Assembly: GCA_002269645.1 (NCBI GenBank)
Contig: NIVC01004814.1
Coordinates: forward strand, 1-34,421
Length of the DNA: 34,421 bases
Origin: Macrostomum lignano
Taxonomy: Eukaryota
Direction of reading: 5' to 3'
The translations under genes and the position numbers were made by a program. Of this stretch, positions 1 to 11,312 are shown in pieces (position 1 is the stretch's first letter; every line of letters starts with the position of its first letter). The notes below the pieces were generated by a model that worked only from the letters and a program-made list of their open reading frames with translations, had not been told where the DNA came from and did no database searches.

Positions 1-960
1 CACCTGGCCGCCGGTTGGCGCAAACGGGCGGCGGCGCCTCGCGGCTGGGGCGCGGCGCCGATCCCGTGCGAATGGCGGGCGCAGTCAGCTTCTGCTGGTG
101 CTGCGCCTGCTGCACGGGCAGCGGGGTGCGCATGCGATGATGGCAGACGGACTCGAAGAATGTCGGCGGAACCCACGGGCAGACAGGCTGTCTGGCGCAG
201 CGGTTCATCAGCTCGCAAGCAGGTCAGAAACTCCGAGACGGTCCGGACAGGCCTGGGCAGACGACGGGCCTAGGACGCCTTGGCGCAGAGCATTGACTCG
301 GCCGCCTCGGCAGGCGGCGGCGGCGGCGGCCACCGCTGCAGCCGCAACGGCGGAGTTCTGGACGCAGCTGACGCCGTTGTTTCCATCGGCCGACGAACGC
401 GTTGGTGTGGGGCGACGCTACCACTGCCGCTGCGGCCGCGGCGGCGGCCACTGCTGCGGCGGCTGCGCTGGTACCGCCGTGGTGGCACATCGGCCGAGGC
501 TGCAGCCGGTACGGCAATGGCAAAGTCGGACTCTTCTCCTAGACCAGAATCGTTGCTGACTGCGCGCCGACCAGAGGCGCAGAGTCGCTGCCCGCGGCTG
601 CTGTGGGATCGCGGGATGCAGACCCGCCGCTGCTGCCGCCGCCGATGCCTCCACCGCCACTTCACCGGGACCGACGCCGCCGCCGATCCGTCCGACGTTG
701 CCGACGAGGCCGCTGCTACTCCGACAGCACCGCTTGCACGTATTACTGCCACCGCGCCACTCTCAGACGCCGCTGACACGCTGTCGCCGCCGCTGCCGAC
801 GCCGCCACCGGCGTCTGTGCGCGCCGGCTCGACGACAGACACGCCGCTGCACCGCCACCGCTGCCGCCGCTGCTACCATCGTTTCGTCCTCGTCTCGCGC
901 CGAAGACACTCATGAGGCAAACATCTCTGAGAACGCGCTGTCAGCGAGCATCGCCTGGGT
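1..960 (-). other. GC-rich, coding-like Ala/Gly/Ser-rich segment with interrupted reading frames; strand and status unresolved (pseudo-exon or indel-damaged exon)
   Basis: Composition resembles the real exons in this window, and a minus-strand acceptor-like site (ttatgttttattaag|) lies at 961-962. All three minus frames stop within about 150 nt of it. No family is recognisable, and overlapping plus-strand ORFs are equally uninformative. Confidence 0.25.
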
Positions 961-2269
961 CTTAATAAAACATAAGCACAGGATCCTACAGACTAAATGG
1001 AAGTAAGAATTCCTAATGGAAAGTGAAAAATCAAAGTCAAAACTAGCTCTGAAAGTGTCAGGGAGAAAAACTAGCGCTCCAGACCGACCCTCTTGTGGCC
1101 ATTCTGGCGCGGGCCCAGTTCACCCATTTTATAGAGATAGGAGAGCCACCCACCCCCCTGAAATCAAATTCAACAGTTAAAGGCGCACTCTCCGCTCCCG
1201 TCTTCCCTGTGTGCGCTAGAGGGGCTTTAGAATTTCAGAGGGTTGGTGCTGGACTGGGGCTGCACAGAGGGGTGTGGGGTGGGGCAGTGGTCGGGCGGGG
1301 TGGGTGTTTTACTTGGCCGTCGTGCCATCGTGCCCCTGCTAAGCTCAAAGACCCTTGAATTTTCTACACCCTCGTTTTTGGCACACTTGTCTAGCCCAGC
1401 GCCGGTGGTCGGAAAGGATGGCATAGGGCCCGCTCTGAAATTGAGGGTGTGCGCTGTGAGAGCCGTTACGTAATGTTGAACTCAACTCGCGTAACACATT
1501 TGTACACAAAATTCTTCCCGGGCCACGAGTTCTTTTGTGCTATCACTAGGAAAATAGGTCGCACAAAGGACCTGTTGGGCCAATATTGAAGTATTGATTA
1601 CTCCTAAGTAGCATGATGGCTGCAAAACGAAATTGCTCATTTTCAGTGTCAAGTTTGCCCGTACTTACGAGTAAGTCAATATTACTTTTTAATCGGTAAA
1701 GTTTATACTAATTGCATTTAAAAATTTAACTTTTAATTATATTATTTACTAGGATATCTGCGTTGAATTTTAATTTCAATTGATGCTTGATTTCGCTGCA
1801 ATCTTATCTTAGATCAGTCCAAGAAGTATAATTATATCTCTTCGTTCAAAATAGTACGATGGCACCAGAGATCTGTTATCTGGGAGGGCAATAAAGCAAG
1901 CTGAACCAATTCTACTACTTATCAACTTCAGGCGCCCCCCCCACACTGTCTGCTTACCGAATACGAACTTTCGACCTTGGAATTTCGACTTTTGTTTGTG
2001 AAGCCAAAATACTAAAGTTAATGACCGCAATTCGTCCAGACCCGACAGCGGTTACACAATACAATATTTTCCAGGTGGTATGAAAGTGCACCTCGAGGGC
2101 TATTTATCAGGCTTTTAATTAGGAGGCTTACGTTAGTGTTTCACCACTGCAGCGATTATTTCATTATAAGCTGAAACCAACCATCAAAAGTTTGGATGAC
2201 TCACTGAAAAACTGTGCTGAGGGTAGCAATGACCTAGGGTGAAGGTACCGCTAAAAACTGGGGTTAGGT

Positions 2270-2770
2270 TATGCAGTGACCTATCGAAGAACTGGGCTGG
2301 GAGGCAGCAGTGACCCATCGAAGAACTGGGGGGGGGGGAGCAGCGGTGACCCACCGAAGAACTTTGGGGGGGGAGGCAGCGGTGACACACTGAAAAACTG
2401 GGGTGGGAGGCAGCTGTGACACACTGAAGAACTGGGTGTCAGGCAGCGGTGACACACTAAAGAACTGGGGTGTCAGGCAGCTGTGACACACTGAAGAACT
2501 GGGGTGTCAGGCAGCTGTGACACATTGAAGAACTGGGGTGTCAGGCAGCTGTGACACACTGAAGAACTGGGGTGTCAGGCAGCTGTGACACACTGAAGAG
2601 CTGGGGTGTCAGGCAGCGGTGACACACTGAAGAACTGGGGTGGGAGGCAGCTGTGACACACTGAAGAACTGGGGTGTCAGGCAGCTGTGACACACTGAAG
2701 AACTGGGGTGTCAGGCAGCTGTGACACACTGAAGAACTGGCAGCTATGACTGACACACTGAAGAACTGGG
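2270..2770. repeat. 34-bp minisatellite (GAAGAACTGGGGTGTCAGGCAGCTGTGACACACT), degenerate toward its left end
   Basis: Unit read directly, for example GAAG starts at 2527 and 2561. Confidence 0.95.
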
Positions 2771-3364
2771 TATTTGCTGTGCTGTGTCTACCATGTCAAA
2801 CAAACCTATTCGGAGTACCATTTCTTGTGTCAAGTCTGACTCCGGTAAAACAAAAATTTATTTATCCCTGATATTTCACCAAAAATGTCTTATTTGACCA
2901 AATTCTCACCGAAGTGCAGATGAATTTATTGAAAAGCACCTTTATTGAAAACAAGGAACCTTCTAAGAAAAATTTACCAAGTCAGACATCAGCAGGTGCA
3001 ATCAGGAGAAGCTAATTGCTTAAAATTTTGCAGGTATTCAGGGGCTCAGAAGCACAAGTGAAAGCACATGTGCAGTGCAACTGAGCGACCCCGACTTGTC
3101 TCTTGGCCATTTTTCCTGTTGCTACTCGCAATAATTTGAAATTACTGCCCGACCTGACAGCAATGTACTCGTTAAACACATTACTGATTAGAATAGTCAA
3201 TTATTCAACAATTTTCAGTAGTACTATGTTAATTCACAGCAAAAGTAATATCATATTAAACCTGAGACGAAATAAGCGTCACTGCAGTAGTAGTTCGTGA
3301 GTTAATACTCGTAATTAATAAGCAATAAGTTCAAGGCTTGTTGACCTCAACGAGTCATAATGTT

Positions 3365-3995
3365 CACTCTACTTGGGTCAGTAGTGGTGGTGTAGGTCAC
3401 TCACTGTACTTGGGTCTGTAGTGATGTAGGTCACTCACTGTACTTGGGTCAGTAGTGGTGATGTAGGTCACTCACTGTACTTGGGTCAGTAGTGGTGATG
3501 TAGGTCACTCACTCTACTTGGCTCATTAGTGGTGATGTAGGTCACTCACTCTACTTGGGTCAGCAGTGGTAGTGTAGGTCACTCACTCTACTTGGGTCAG
3601 TAGTAGTGATGTAGGTCACTCACTGTACTTGGGTCAGTGGGTCAACAGTGGTGGTGTAGATCACTCACTGTACTACTAGGGTCAGTAGTGGTGATGTAGG
3701 TCACTCACTCTACTTGGGTCAGCAGTGGTAGTGTAGGTCACTCACTCTACTTGGGTCAGTGGGTCAACAGTGGTGGTGTAGATCACTCACTGTACTACTA
3801 GGGTCAGTAGTGGTGATGTAGGTCACTCACTCTACTTGGGTCAGTGGGTCAGCAGTGGTGGTGTAGATCACTCACTGTACTACTAGGGTCAGTAGTGGTG
3901 ATGTAGGTCACTCACTCTACTGGGGTCAGCAATGGTGATGTAGGTCACTCACTCTACTTGGGTCAGTAGTGGTGATGTAGGTCACTCACTGTACT
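3365..3995. repeat. About 37-bp minisatellite (TACTTGGGTCAGTAGTGGTGATGTAGGTCACTCACTG) with insertion variants
   Basis: Tandem unit read directly. Confidence 0.95.
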
Positions 3996-4000
3996 CAGTT

Positions 4001-4006
4001 TTTATT
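4001..4006 (-). promoter_or_regulatory. Candidate AATAAA polyadenylation signal of the MATE gene
   Basis: TTTATT on the plus strand, about 125 nt downstream of the MATE stop codon. Confidence 0.5.
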
Positions 4007-4130
4007 ACATCAGCTGTACCATTCAGTACGCATAAAATCGGTGGTTCTCCTTACGAGTCAATCGATCGGTTCATCAGCGTGTTGTCACAATCTAGGTTGG
4101 TTGTTAATACGAGATTAGTTTAGCCTGCAG

Positions 4131-7100
4131 TCACAACAGGAACCTGGCGGTCAAAGCGCCAGCCAGCACCAGGAACAGGACGGCCAGCACCGCCAGCTTC
4201 CCTGCAGCGACTCGGCACCAACTCCGTTTCAACCGGCAGGCGTCGGGGTCTCCGGCTGAGTTCAGCAGCGGCAGGCGCTCCGACTCGCCCAGGGCTCGAT
4301 CCTGGGCCCGCTCCGCCTCGGCTCGCCAGTCGAGCAGGCAGAGGGTGAACGTCAGCAGGAGGACGGCCTCAGCTGTTAGACCCAGCAGGAGACCGAGCCA
4401 CAGGCCTGGGATGCCCCAGCCGGCCGGCAACGCGAGCGGCACTCCGATTGGCAGCGCCAGAGCGTAGAAGCCGACAAAGTTGACGAGGGCTCCGGCGGCT
4501 TGCCGGCCGCAGCCGCGCAGAGCGCCGCCTGAAACCGCCTGTTTGATTTGAAGGTAGAATGAGAGAAATGAGATAGAATGAGTACACGGAGTCTTTGTTT
4601 AATGCCCTCATAGAGGTAGAATGAGTACACGGAGTCTTTGTTCAATGCCCTCATAGAGGAGGTAGAATGAGTACACGGAGTCTTTGTTCAATGCCCTCAT
4701 AGAGGAGGTAGAATGAGTACACGGAGTCTATGTTCAATGCCCTCATAGAGGAGGTAGAATGAGTACACGGAGTCTATGTTCAATGCCCTCATAGAGGAGG
4801 TAGAATGAGTACACGGAGTCTTTGTTCAATGCCCTCATAGAGGAGGTAGAATGAGTACACGGAGTCTTTGTTCAATGCCCTCATAGAGGAGGTAGAGTGA
4901 GTACATGGAGTCTATTCAATGACCTCAGATGGAGAACCGTTTGACAGTCTTCGGTTCATTGCCTACTTAGAGTTATAAACACGGGCATACGGAGCAGGAT
5001 CAAACTCACAGACAGTCCGTCGGAGAGTTGAAACGCCGCCATGAGAGGTAGGACCCTGGTCACGTGATCCCGGACGTCCTGGCTGGCGGTGAACAGCATG
5101 GGAAGGTGGAACCGCAGGAGCAAAATCGCTGCTGCTGAAAGGCTGGCGGTCACCGCTTGAAAATGGGGTGGAGCAGCAATTGTTCGAGTTGATAGCCACG
5201 CAATGTTTCTCAATCGATTTTATTTTATAAAGATAAGACAAGACGGACTCACCAACCATGACCAGGCCGGCTTTGTAGGCTAGCTTTGCTCGGCCAGCAT
5301 GTCCGGCGCCCAGTTCCTGGCCGACGCGAATGTTCACGGCGATGGACAGGCCGAGAGGAATCTGCGCCCGATGGCCGAGGGGGTCGAGTGTACTAATTAA
5401 ATAAAACTTCTAGATAGATAGAGACATAAGACAGATGGATAGAGAAATGAGACAGGTAGACAGAGACATGAGACAGGAAGATAGAGACAGATGAGACAGG
5501 TAGGTAGAGAAATGAGACAGGTAGACAGAGAGATGAGATAGGTAGACAGAGATGAGACAGGTAGATAGAGAGATGAGACAGGTAGACAGAAAGATGAGAC
5601 AGGTAGATAGAGAGATGAGACAGGTAGACAGAGAGATGAGACAGGTAGACACAGAGATGAGACAGGTAGACAGAGACATGAGACAGGTAGACAGACATGA
5701 AACAGGTAGACAGAGACATGAGACAGGTGGATAGAGACATGAGGCAGGTAGATAGAGACATGAGGCAGGTTGATAGAGAGATGAGACAAGTAGACAGAGA
5801 CATGAGACAGGTAGACAGAGACATGAGACAGGTAGACAGAGACATGAGACGGGTAGACAAGTGAATGATTGCAAGAAAAACATAAAGAGGAAACAAAGAA
5901 CCAGAGATATGGTGGACCTGATGCACGCAGTGGTGCATTGCAGCCTCACCAGCCTCACCATATAAGTCCAGACCTCCAGCTGGAACAGAACGCCCTGAGC
6001 ACCCAGCTGCGAGTCGGAGATGAGCCCGGCCACCAGAGTGGCAATCTCGAAGCTCCATTCCTCCAGCGCGACCAGCGCAACCCCAGCCAGGCCCAGCCGG
6101 ACAAAACCGGCCCAGCCGGTCAGCGCCTGCCAGCTGAGGCCCGGCCAGGTGTCCGAGTAGATGCCGGACATGAGCACGTAGGCCAGCAGCAGGCTGAGCA
6201 TGAGGCCCAGCGAGGCAGCCTGGCAGAGAGCGGAGGCCCGATAGCCGAAGCCGTGCCAGAAGATCAGCGCGTACTGCGCAGTCGCGTTGAAGACGTTGCC
6301 CAGCATGGCGCAGAGCATTGGCGGCAGCACCAGGTTTTGATTTTGCAGGTAGCGCGACAGCACCAAGAAGTTGAAATCGAACTGCTCGGAAATTGAAGTT
6401 GTCAGGGGTTCTAGCCTAGTGGTTAGAGCGTCGGACTCACGACTTGAAGGTCTGGGGTTCGATTCTCGACCCACTCGGAACAATTTGTGTCCTTGAGACA
6501 AGACACTCAACTCTACATTGCTTCAGTTCACCCAGCTGTAAAATGGGTGCCAGCATTACTGGGGTAACTGAGGGTGTGTGGCGACCCCCCCCCAGTCCTT
6601 GGACTGAACAGCCGTACGCAGCCTTCAGATGCGCCGCGCCATAGCTGCGGCTGAGCTGTCGGTTGCACGTTTGGCCATTAGGGCAGGTGTAATCAATTAA
6701 TTTTTGTAAGCTTTCGTCCAAATTAAAAACATCTTTAAACACTACTCTGTCCCTCCTACTCATAGTAGAAAAGTAGTAAAAAAGCGTACAAAGAATCCGG
6801 GCAGAAATAGCAGTAAATAGTCGGCAGCTTTGATTGCGATGGGCCTCTCCTGGCCAATGAGAATCAGCAGCTTCTCAATGTTGAGCATCACAGAGAATAT
6901 CGGCACCAGAGCTGCGTTCATTATTAGCAAGCCTGCCATGGTTGTTTGGAATGGATCTTTTGCAGTGCGGTTGCATTGGGATTTTGGTGCTGGGGAACCA
7001 TGCGATGAGCAATTCGAGGGAATTTGGATACTGCGAGAATTGAGGTGTTTGGGAATTTAGATGCTGGGGAATTTAGATGCTGTGGAATTTGGATGCTATG

Positions 7101-8409
7101 GAATTTAGATGCTGGGGAATTTAGATGCTGGGGAATTTGGATGCTGGGGAATTTAGATGCTGGGGAATTTAGATGCTGTGGGAATTCAGATGCTGGGGAA
7201 TTTAGATGCTGGGGAATTTAGATGCTGGGGAATTTGGATGCTGGGGAATTTAGATGCTGTGGGAATTCAGATGCTGGGGAATTTGGATGCTGGGGAATTT
7301 AGATGCTGTGGGAATTCAGATGCTGGGGAATTTAGATGCTGGGGAATTTAGATGCTGGGGAATTTAGATGCTGGGGAATTTAGAGAGTTTTAAAGGATGA
7401 CAACATTAAAAGGGGATGAAAAATGTCAACTGCTTTACGAGACTGACTTCTCTGCAGATGGATGCCGACCCGCTTCTTGTTCGGCCCGCCGAAAGTCTGC
7501 GAGAAGAACGTGTCGCAGGCGGTGGACATGCCAACACCGATTCCGATGCCCGCCACATTGATTAGCTGGGGAAATCCAACAGAGAGTGACATCTACTGAC
7601 ATACTTGACAAATGCCTTGTATTTCAGTTGCATTTATGCGTACTGACAGGAAACATCTAGCAAAATTACAGAAAAAATTCATAGTAGCATTCCAGGAAAC
7701 ATCTACTGAAATTCCAGGAAACACCTACTAAAATTCCAGGAAACGCCTACTTGAATTCCAAGTAATTCTAGAATTCCAAACATCTACACGTACTAGAAAA
7801 CTAGGAAAAATCTACTAAAATTCCAGGAAACACCCACTAAAATGTTAGAAAACACCTACTGAAATTCTAGGAAACATCTACTCGAATTCCAGGAAACACC
7901 CAATAAAACTTTAGGAAACATCTACTAAAATTCCAGGAAACATCTTCTAAAATTCGAGGAAATATCTACTGAAATTCCAGGAAACATCTACTGAAATTCC
8001 AGGAAACATCTACTGAAATTCCAGGAAACATCTACTGAAATTCCAGGAAACATCTACTAAAATTCCAGGAAACATCTACTGAAATTCCAGGAAACATCAA
8101 CGAAAAGTCCTGGCAAATGTTTAATATATTTCCAGGAAACTTCCATGAAAAATGTACTAATATTCCAGGAAACGTCTTAGAAAATGAGTCCGAAACACCT
8201 AGCAACTCAGCTGAGCTCACACTGCAGGCCAGCGTGGCCGCATCCAGATCCTCCTTGGACAAGTGGCCGCACATGGCCAGGCTGACGGACTGCAGCAGGA
8301 ACTGCAGCAGGGTGGTGAGCACTGCTGGCCAGGCCAGCTGCCACAGCTTGCGCAGCTCAAGCCGCAGATTCGACGAGTATTGAGCCTCAACTTCGGTGAG
8401 CTGCTGCAT
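4131..8409 (-). CDS. SLC47A1: Multidrug and toxin extrusion (MATE/SLC47A-family) transporter, 7 exons, 511 aa
   Basis: Exons (plus coordinates): 8221-8409, 7448-7565, 6790-6932, 5959-6381, 5253-5361, 5010-5155, 4131-4538. All introns are GT-AG with consistent phase, total 1536 nt. MATE motifs: ELRKLWQLAWPAVLTT, INVAGIGIGVGMSTACDTFFSQTFG, LQRSLLI, RYLQNQNLVLP, LEEWSFEI, IPLGLSIAVNIRVGQELGAG, GALRGCGRQ..GALVNFVGFYALALPIG, GLWLG. The symbol is family-level; one-to-one orthology is not shown. Confidence 0.95.
4575..4920. repeat. 46-bp minisatellite, about 7-8 copies, in MATE intron 6
   Basis: GGTAGAATGAGTACACGGAGTCTTTGTTCAATGCCCTCATAGAGGA in tandem (starts at 4661 and 4707), with no spacers. Confidence 0.95.
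5412..5860. repeat. 21-bp minisatellite (GAGACAGGTAGACAGAGACAT) in MATE intron 4
   Basis: Tandem unit read directly. It explains the MSLSTCL-type ORFs. Confidence 0.95.
6405..6700 (+). mobile_element. tRNA-derived SINE with a CORE-like central domain (copy 1), antisense in MATE intron 3
   Basis: The tRNA-like head has an A box (TAGCCTAGTGG) and a B box (GGTTCGATTC), but its stems are degenerate. It is followed by TTGTGTCCTTGAGACAAGACACTCAAC...CTTCAGTTCACCCAGCTGTAAAATGGG, which resembles the MIR/CORE-SINE core. A homologous copy lies at 23285-23490. Confidence 0.8.
7049..7384. repeat. 16-bp minisatellite (GGGGAATTTAGATGCT) in MATE intron 2
   Basis: Tandem unit read directly. Confidence 0.95.
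7645..8185. repeat. 22-bp minisatellite (TTCCAGGAAACATCTACTGAAA) in MATE intron 1
   Basis: Tandem unit read directly; degenerate at both ends. Confidence 0.93.
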
Positions 8410-8714
8410 TTCCTGTGTTGAATCGGCTGGCTCGCTGTGCTGACAAGGCAGGCCAAGAATTTAAACACGGATTCGTTGATGCGCCATTTCCCACCCTCCC
8501 TCTCGAACGCGTCGTGACAGGCAAATTACAAACTAGAACAGGGCTACTGACCTGCCGCCCGCTTCTGTGTCCAGGAGAAATTCTATCAGCTGAGGATTGA
8601 AGCTTTGTCTAACAAGATGTGAAGTGTATAATTTCTTAATTGGTCTTCTCTCGAAACTTGATATTTGCATTTAGAATATTGTGCTGAGTTTTCCTAGAAA
8701 TATTTTCTCTAGAG

Positions 8715-9200
8715 CTACCCACAGAGATATGAGATATACCCATAGAGATCTACCCATAGAGATATACCCATAGAGATCTACCCATAGAGATCTACCCATA
8801 GAGATATACCCATAGAGATATACGAATAGAGATACACCCATAGAGATATACCCATAGAAATATACCCATATAGATACACCCATAGAGATATACCGATAGA
8901 GATATACCCATAGAGATACACCCATAGAGATATACCCATAGAAATATACCCATAGAGATAAGAGATATGCTCATAGAGATATACCCATAGAGATAAGAGA
9001 TTGCCCATAGAGATATACCCATAGCTAGATAAGAGATACGCCCATAGAGATATACCCATAGAAATATACCCATAGAGATAAGAGATACGCTCATAGAGAT
9101 ATACCCATACAGATAAGAGATATGCTCATAGAGATAAGAGATACGCTCATAGAGATATACCCATACAGATAAGAGATATGCTCATAGAGATACACCCATA
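8715..9200. repeat. 14-bp-based minisatellite (ATACCCATAGAGAT) with longer variants
   Basis: Tandem unit read directly. Confidence 0.93.
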
Positions 9201-10561
9201 AAGATCTATCTGTGGGAGACAGACACAGAAATCAACATCTAACTGAGACTCTGACAGTTACAGTGCATCTAAATTTTTGTTAGTTTTCATGCATAAAAAA
9301 GCTTTCTAGACGCAGTAGCCCTACTAACCTAACAAGTAGTATTGATGCTAAGATCCTCAATATTCGCTATCTTTGTTTTCAAGAGTTTATTTTACTTAAT
9401 TTTCGCTAGAGGCGGGCACTGACGAGTGCACATTATCATGACTAAGGCGGCTAAGAGTGTTGCAAAGCGCATTTCTTTCGGAAAATCTTTCCAAGGCGCT
9501 CATAAATAAGCAAAGTATCAAGTATCAATATTAGCAAGTTCCTCTGCTTCAGCATTGTTATGAAATGGTCATTTATTGCCCAGCTAAACTTCTCTTTTAT
9601 GCTTATTTCATATATTTTCTTCCATTCATCTCAACCACGTTCGCGTCGTTGCTATTGTGATATTTTTTGCCTTTTTCACGTTTTCCTGCGGCTCTGTGGC
9701 GAAATATTTCTGGGTTTTTTTGGTCGCGTTGCCAGCCTGTCTACTAGGAGACAGAAAACAGAAGAGTTGCCAGACTCTGAGAGCACGCATGCTGCAGCAT
9801 GTCAACTCGGGGATTGAAGGGGCAGGCGACACAGCCCATGAGTCACGCGCTCTGCCTTTAAACTGAAAGCAGAAGACACCACCCGCAGCGCGAAAGAAGA
9901 AACGCGATTTAGAATTGCAGGTGAGGCGAGACGGGGAGTGGCAGAGCAACTCAACAATGAGTCTTACATTGTCGAGCTATAATACAGTTCTGCGGCTCGC
10001 ACAGGCAAACAAATGGCTTGTTTATTTAGGCTATTCCTGTCCAAGGAGAGACGGGACGTCGGGGGTGCAGGGTGCCCTGGGTGCTCAGAACTGCAGGTGA
10101 CTGGGCTATTGCACAGGTATCAAGCCTTCCCTGTCATGCGATGACGCAGCAGTTCTTTTAGGCGGGGAGTCTGCGTTTACCACTTTGGAAGTAAGTTTCA
10201 ATTTTTTTTAATTAATCCGTCCATTTCAGAGTTGAGGCTATAGGAGGCGCTAAGTAGCAATTAGAACTTTGACTGGGGTTTCTGGGCACTTTTCGAGTCC
10301 TCGCACTCGCTCGGGACTTAAAAATCTATCTCGATTGAAAAATTGTGAACAATATTTGGCGAAAATTACTTGTATTGCGCAGTGGCCAGGACCATTCGGC
10401 CTGATTCACCTCGCACTTTGAGCATCTCTACTTTCTGTAGAAGCTACGAGTAAAAAGCTATTAGCCAAATTTTGAAGAGATAAAAGCTTTGCAACTTTCT
10501 TTGATAGCGTTTCATTTGATTTCTTCCAGTTTTAATCATTGTCACAATCATCCACATAGAA

Positions 10562-10962
10562 CTGGTGTCGGCAGACTTTTTACCACACGGGCCAGATGAG
10601 AGTGGAAAGGAGAGGCAATAGAAGATGAGAGACGAGAGAAGAGACGGGGTGAGGATTGGGATTAGTGAAGAGATAAGGGAAAAGAGAAAAGGAGAGAAGA
10701 GGAGAGATGAGAGAGAGGAGAGGGGAGAGGGGAGAGGGGAGAGAAGAGAGGGAAGAGAGGAGATAGGAGAGGAGACGGAGAGAGAAGAGAAGAAGGGGAG
10801 AGGGGAGAGAGAGGAGGGGAGAGAGGAAGGAGTGGAGAGGGCAGGATGGGAGAGAGGAGACAAAAAGACAAACCGTGACCCAGCCGGATTGCTATTGTGA
10901 AGTTTCAAAGGACCCGAGGGCCGGATGGAGAGGCTTTGCGGGCCGGAGTTTGCCGACCCCTG
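10562..10962. mobile_element. Non-autonomous hAT (Charlie-like) DNA transposon / MITE, 401 bp, with an AG-rich interior
   Basis: The left end CTGGTGTCGGCAGACT and the reverse complement of the right end CAGGGGTCGGCAAACT match at 13/16. A perfect 8-bp target-site duplication ACATAGAA lies at 10554-10561 and 10963-10970. The ends resemble MER58/Charlie-type hAT termini. Confidence 0.88.
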
Positions 10963-11312
10963 ACATAGAAAATCGATACAATAATAGCCAACCATAATTC
11001 ACAGCTACCACACGCAAGAAATTCGCATGTAGCACCGAAAAATTTCGACTTCTTTTAGAAGCCTGCCCGTATTGCGAGTCCCTTGTGTAAGAAAACTACT
11101 TCTATAATAGGCAACTCTACCGCAAAAAAAGCAGTGCCAGGCAAATAAGAGAGAGAGAGAGAGAGAAACGGAATGTGAGAACACAGGAGCCCGGGTGAGA
11201 AACACTTTTCTTCCAGTTCCAGAAGAAAATAGAAGCAGTAAAAAAGCAAAAAAAATAATAATAAGCTTGCTCCGTCAGCTGAGCTCAAGTACTACGCGCG
11301 CGGCTCAATCTG

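Noticed and set aside
2270-3995. Common origin of the 34-bp and 37-bp arrays, and of the 29.3-kb array in reverse
   Set aside because: Only short scattered words (GGG..TCAG, CACACT) are shared, which is too weak to claim without alignment statistics.
4575-4920. 46-bp repeats as a CRISPR array
   Set aside because: The units are directly adjacent with no unique spacers, they lie in a eukaryotic intron, and there are no cas genes.
6405-6480. Functional tRNA-Val(CAC)
   Set aside because: The acceptor, anticodon and T stems pair poorly, there is no T-run terminator, and it continues into a SINE body shared with 23285-23490.
5393-6510. Single 366-aa ORF as the MATE gene
   Set aside because: Only 5959-6381 is MATE exon. 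The rest is read-through into SINE and minisatellite intron sequence.
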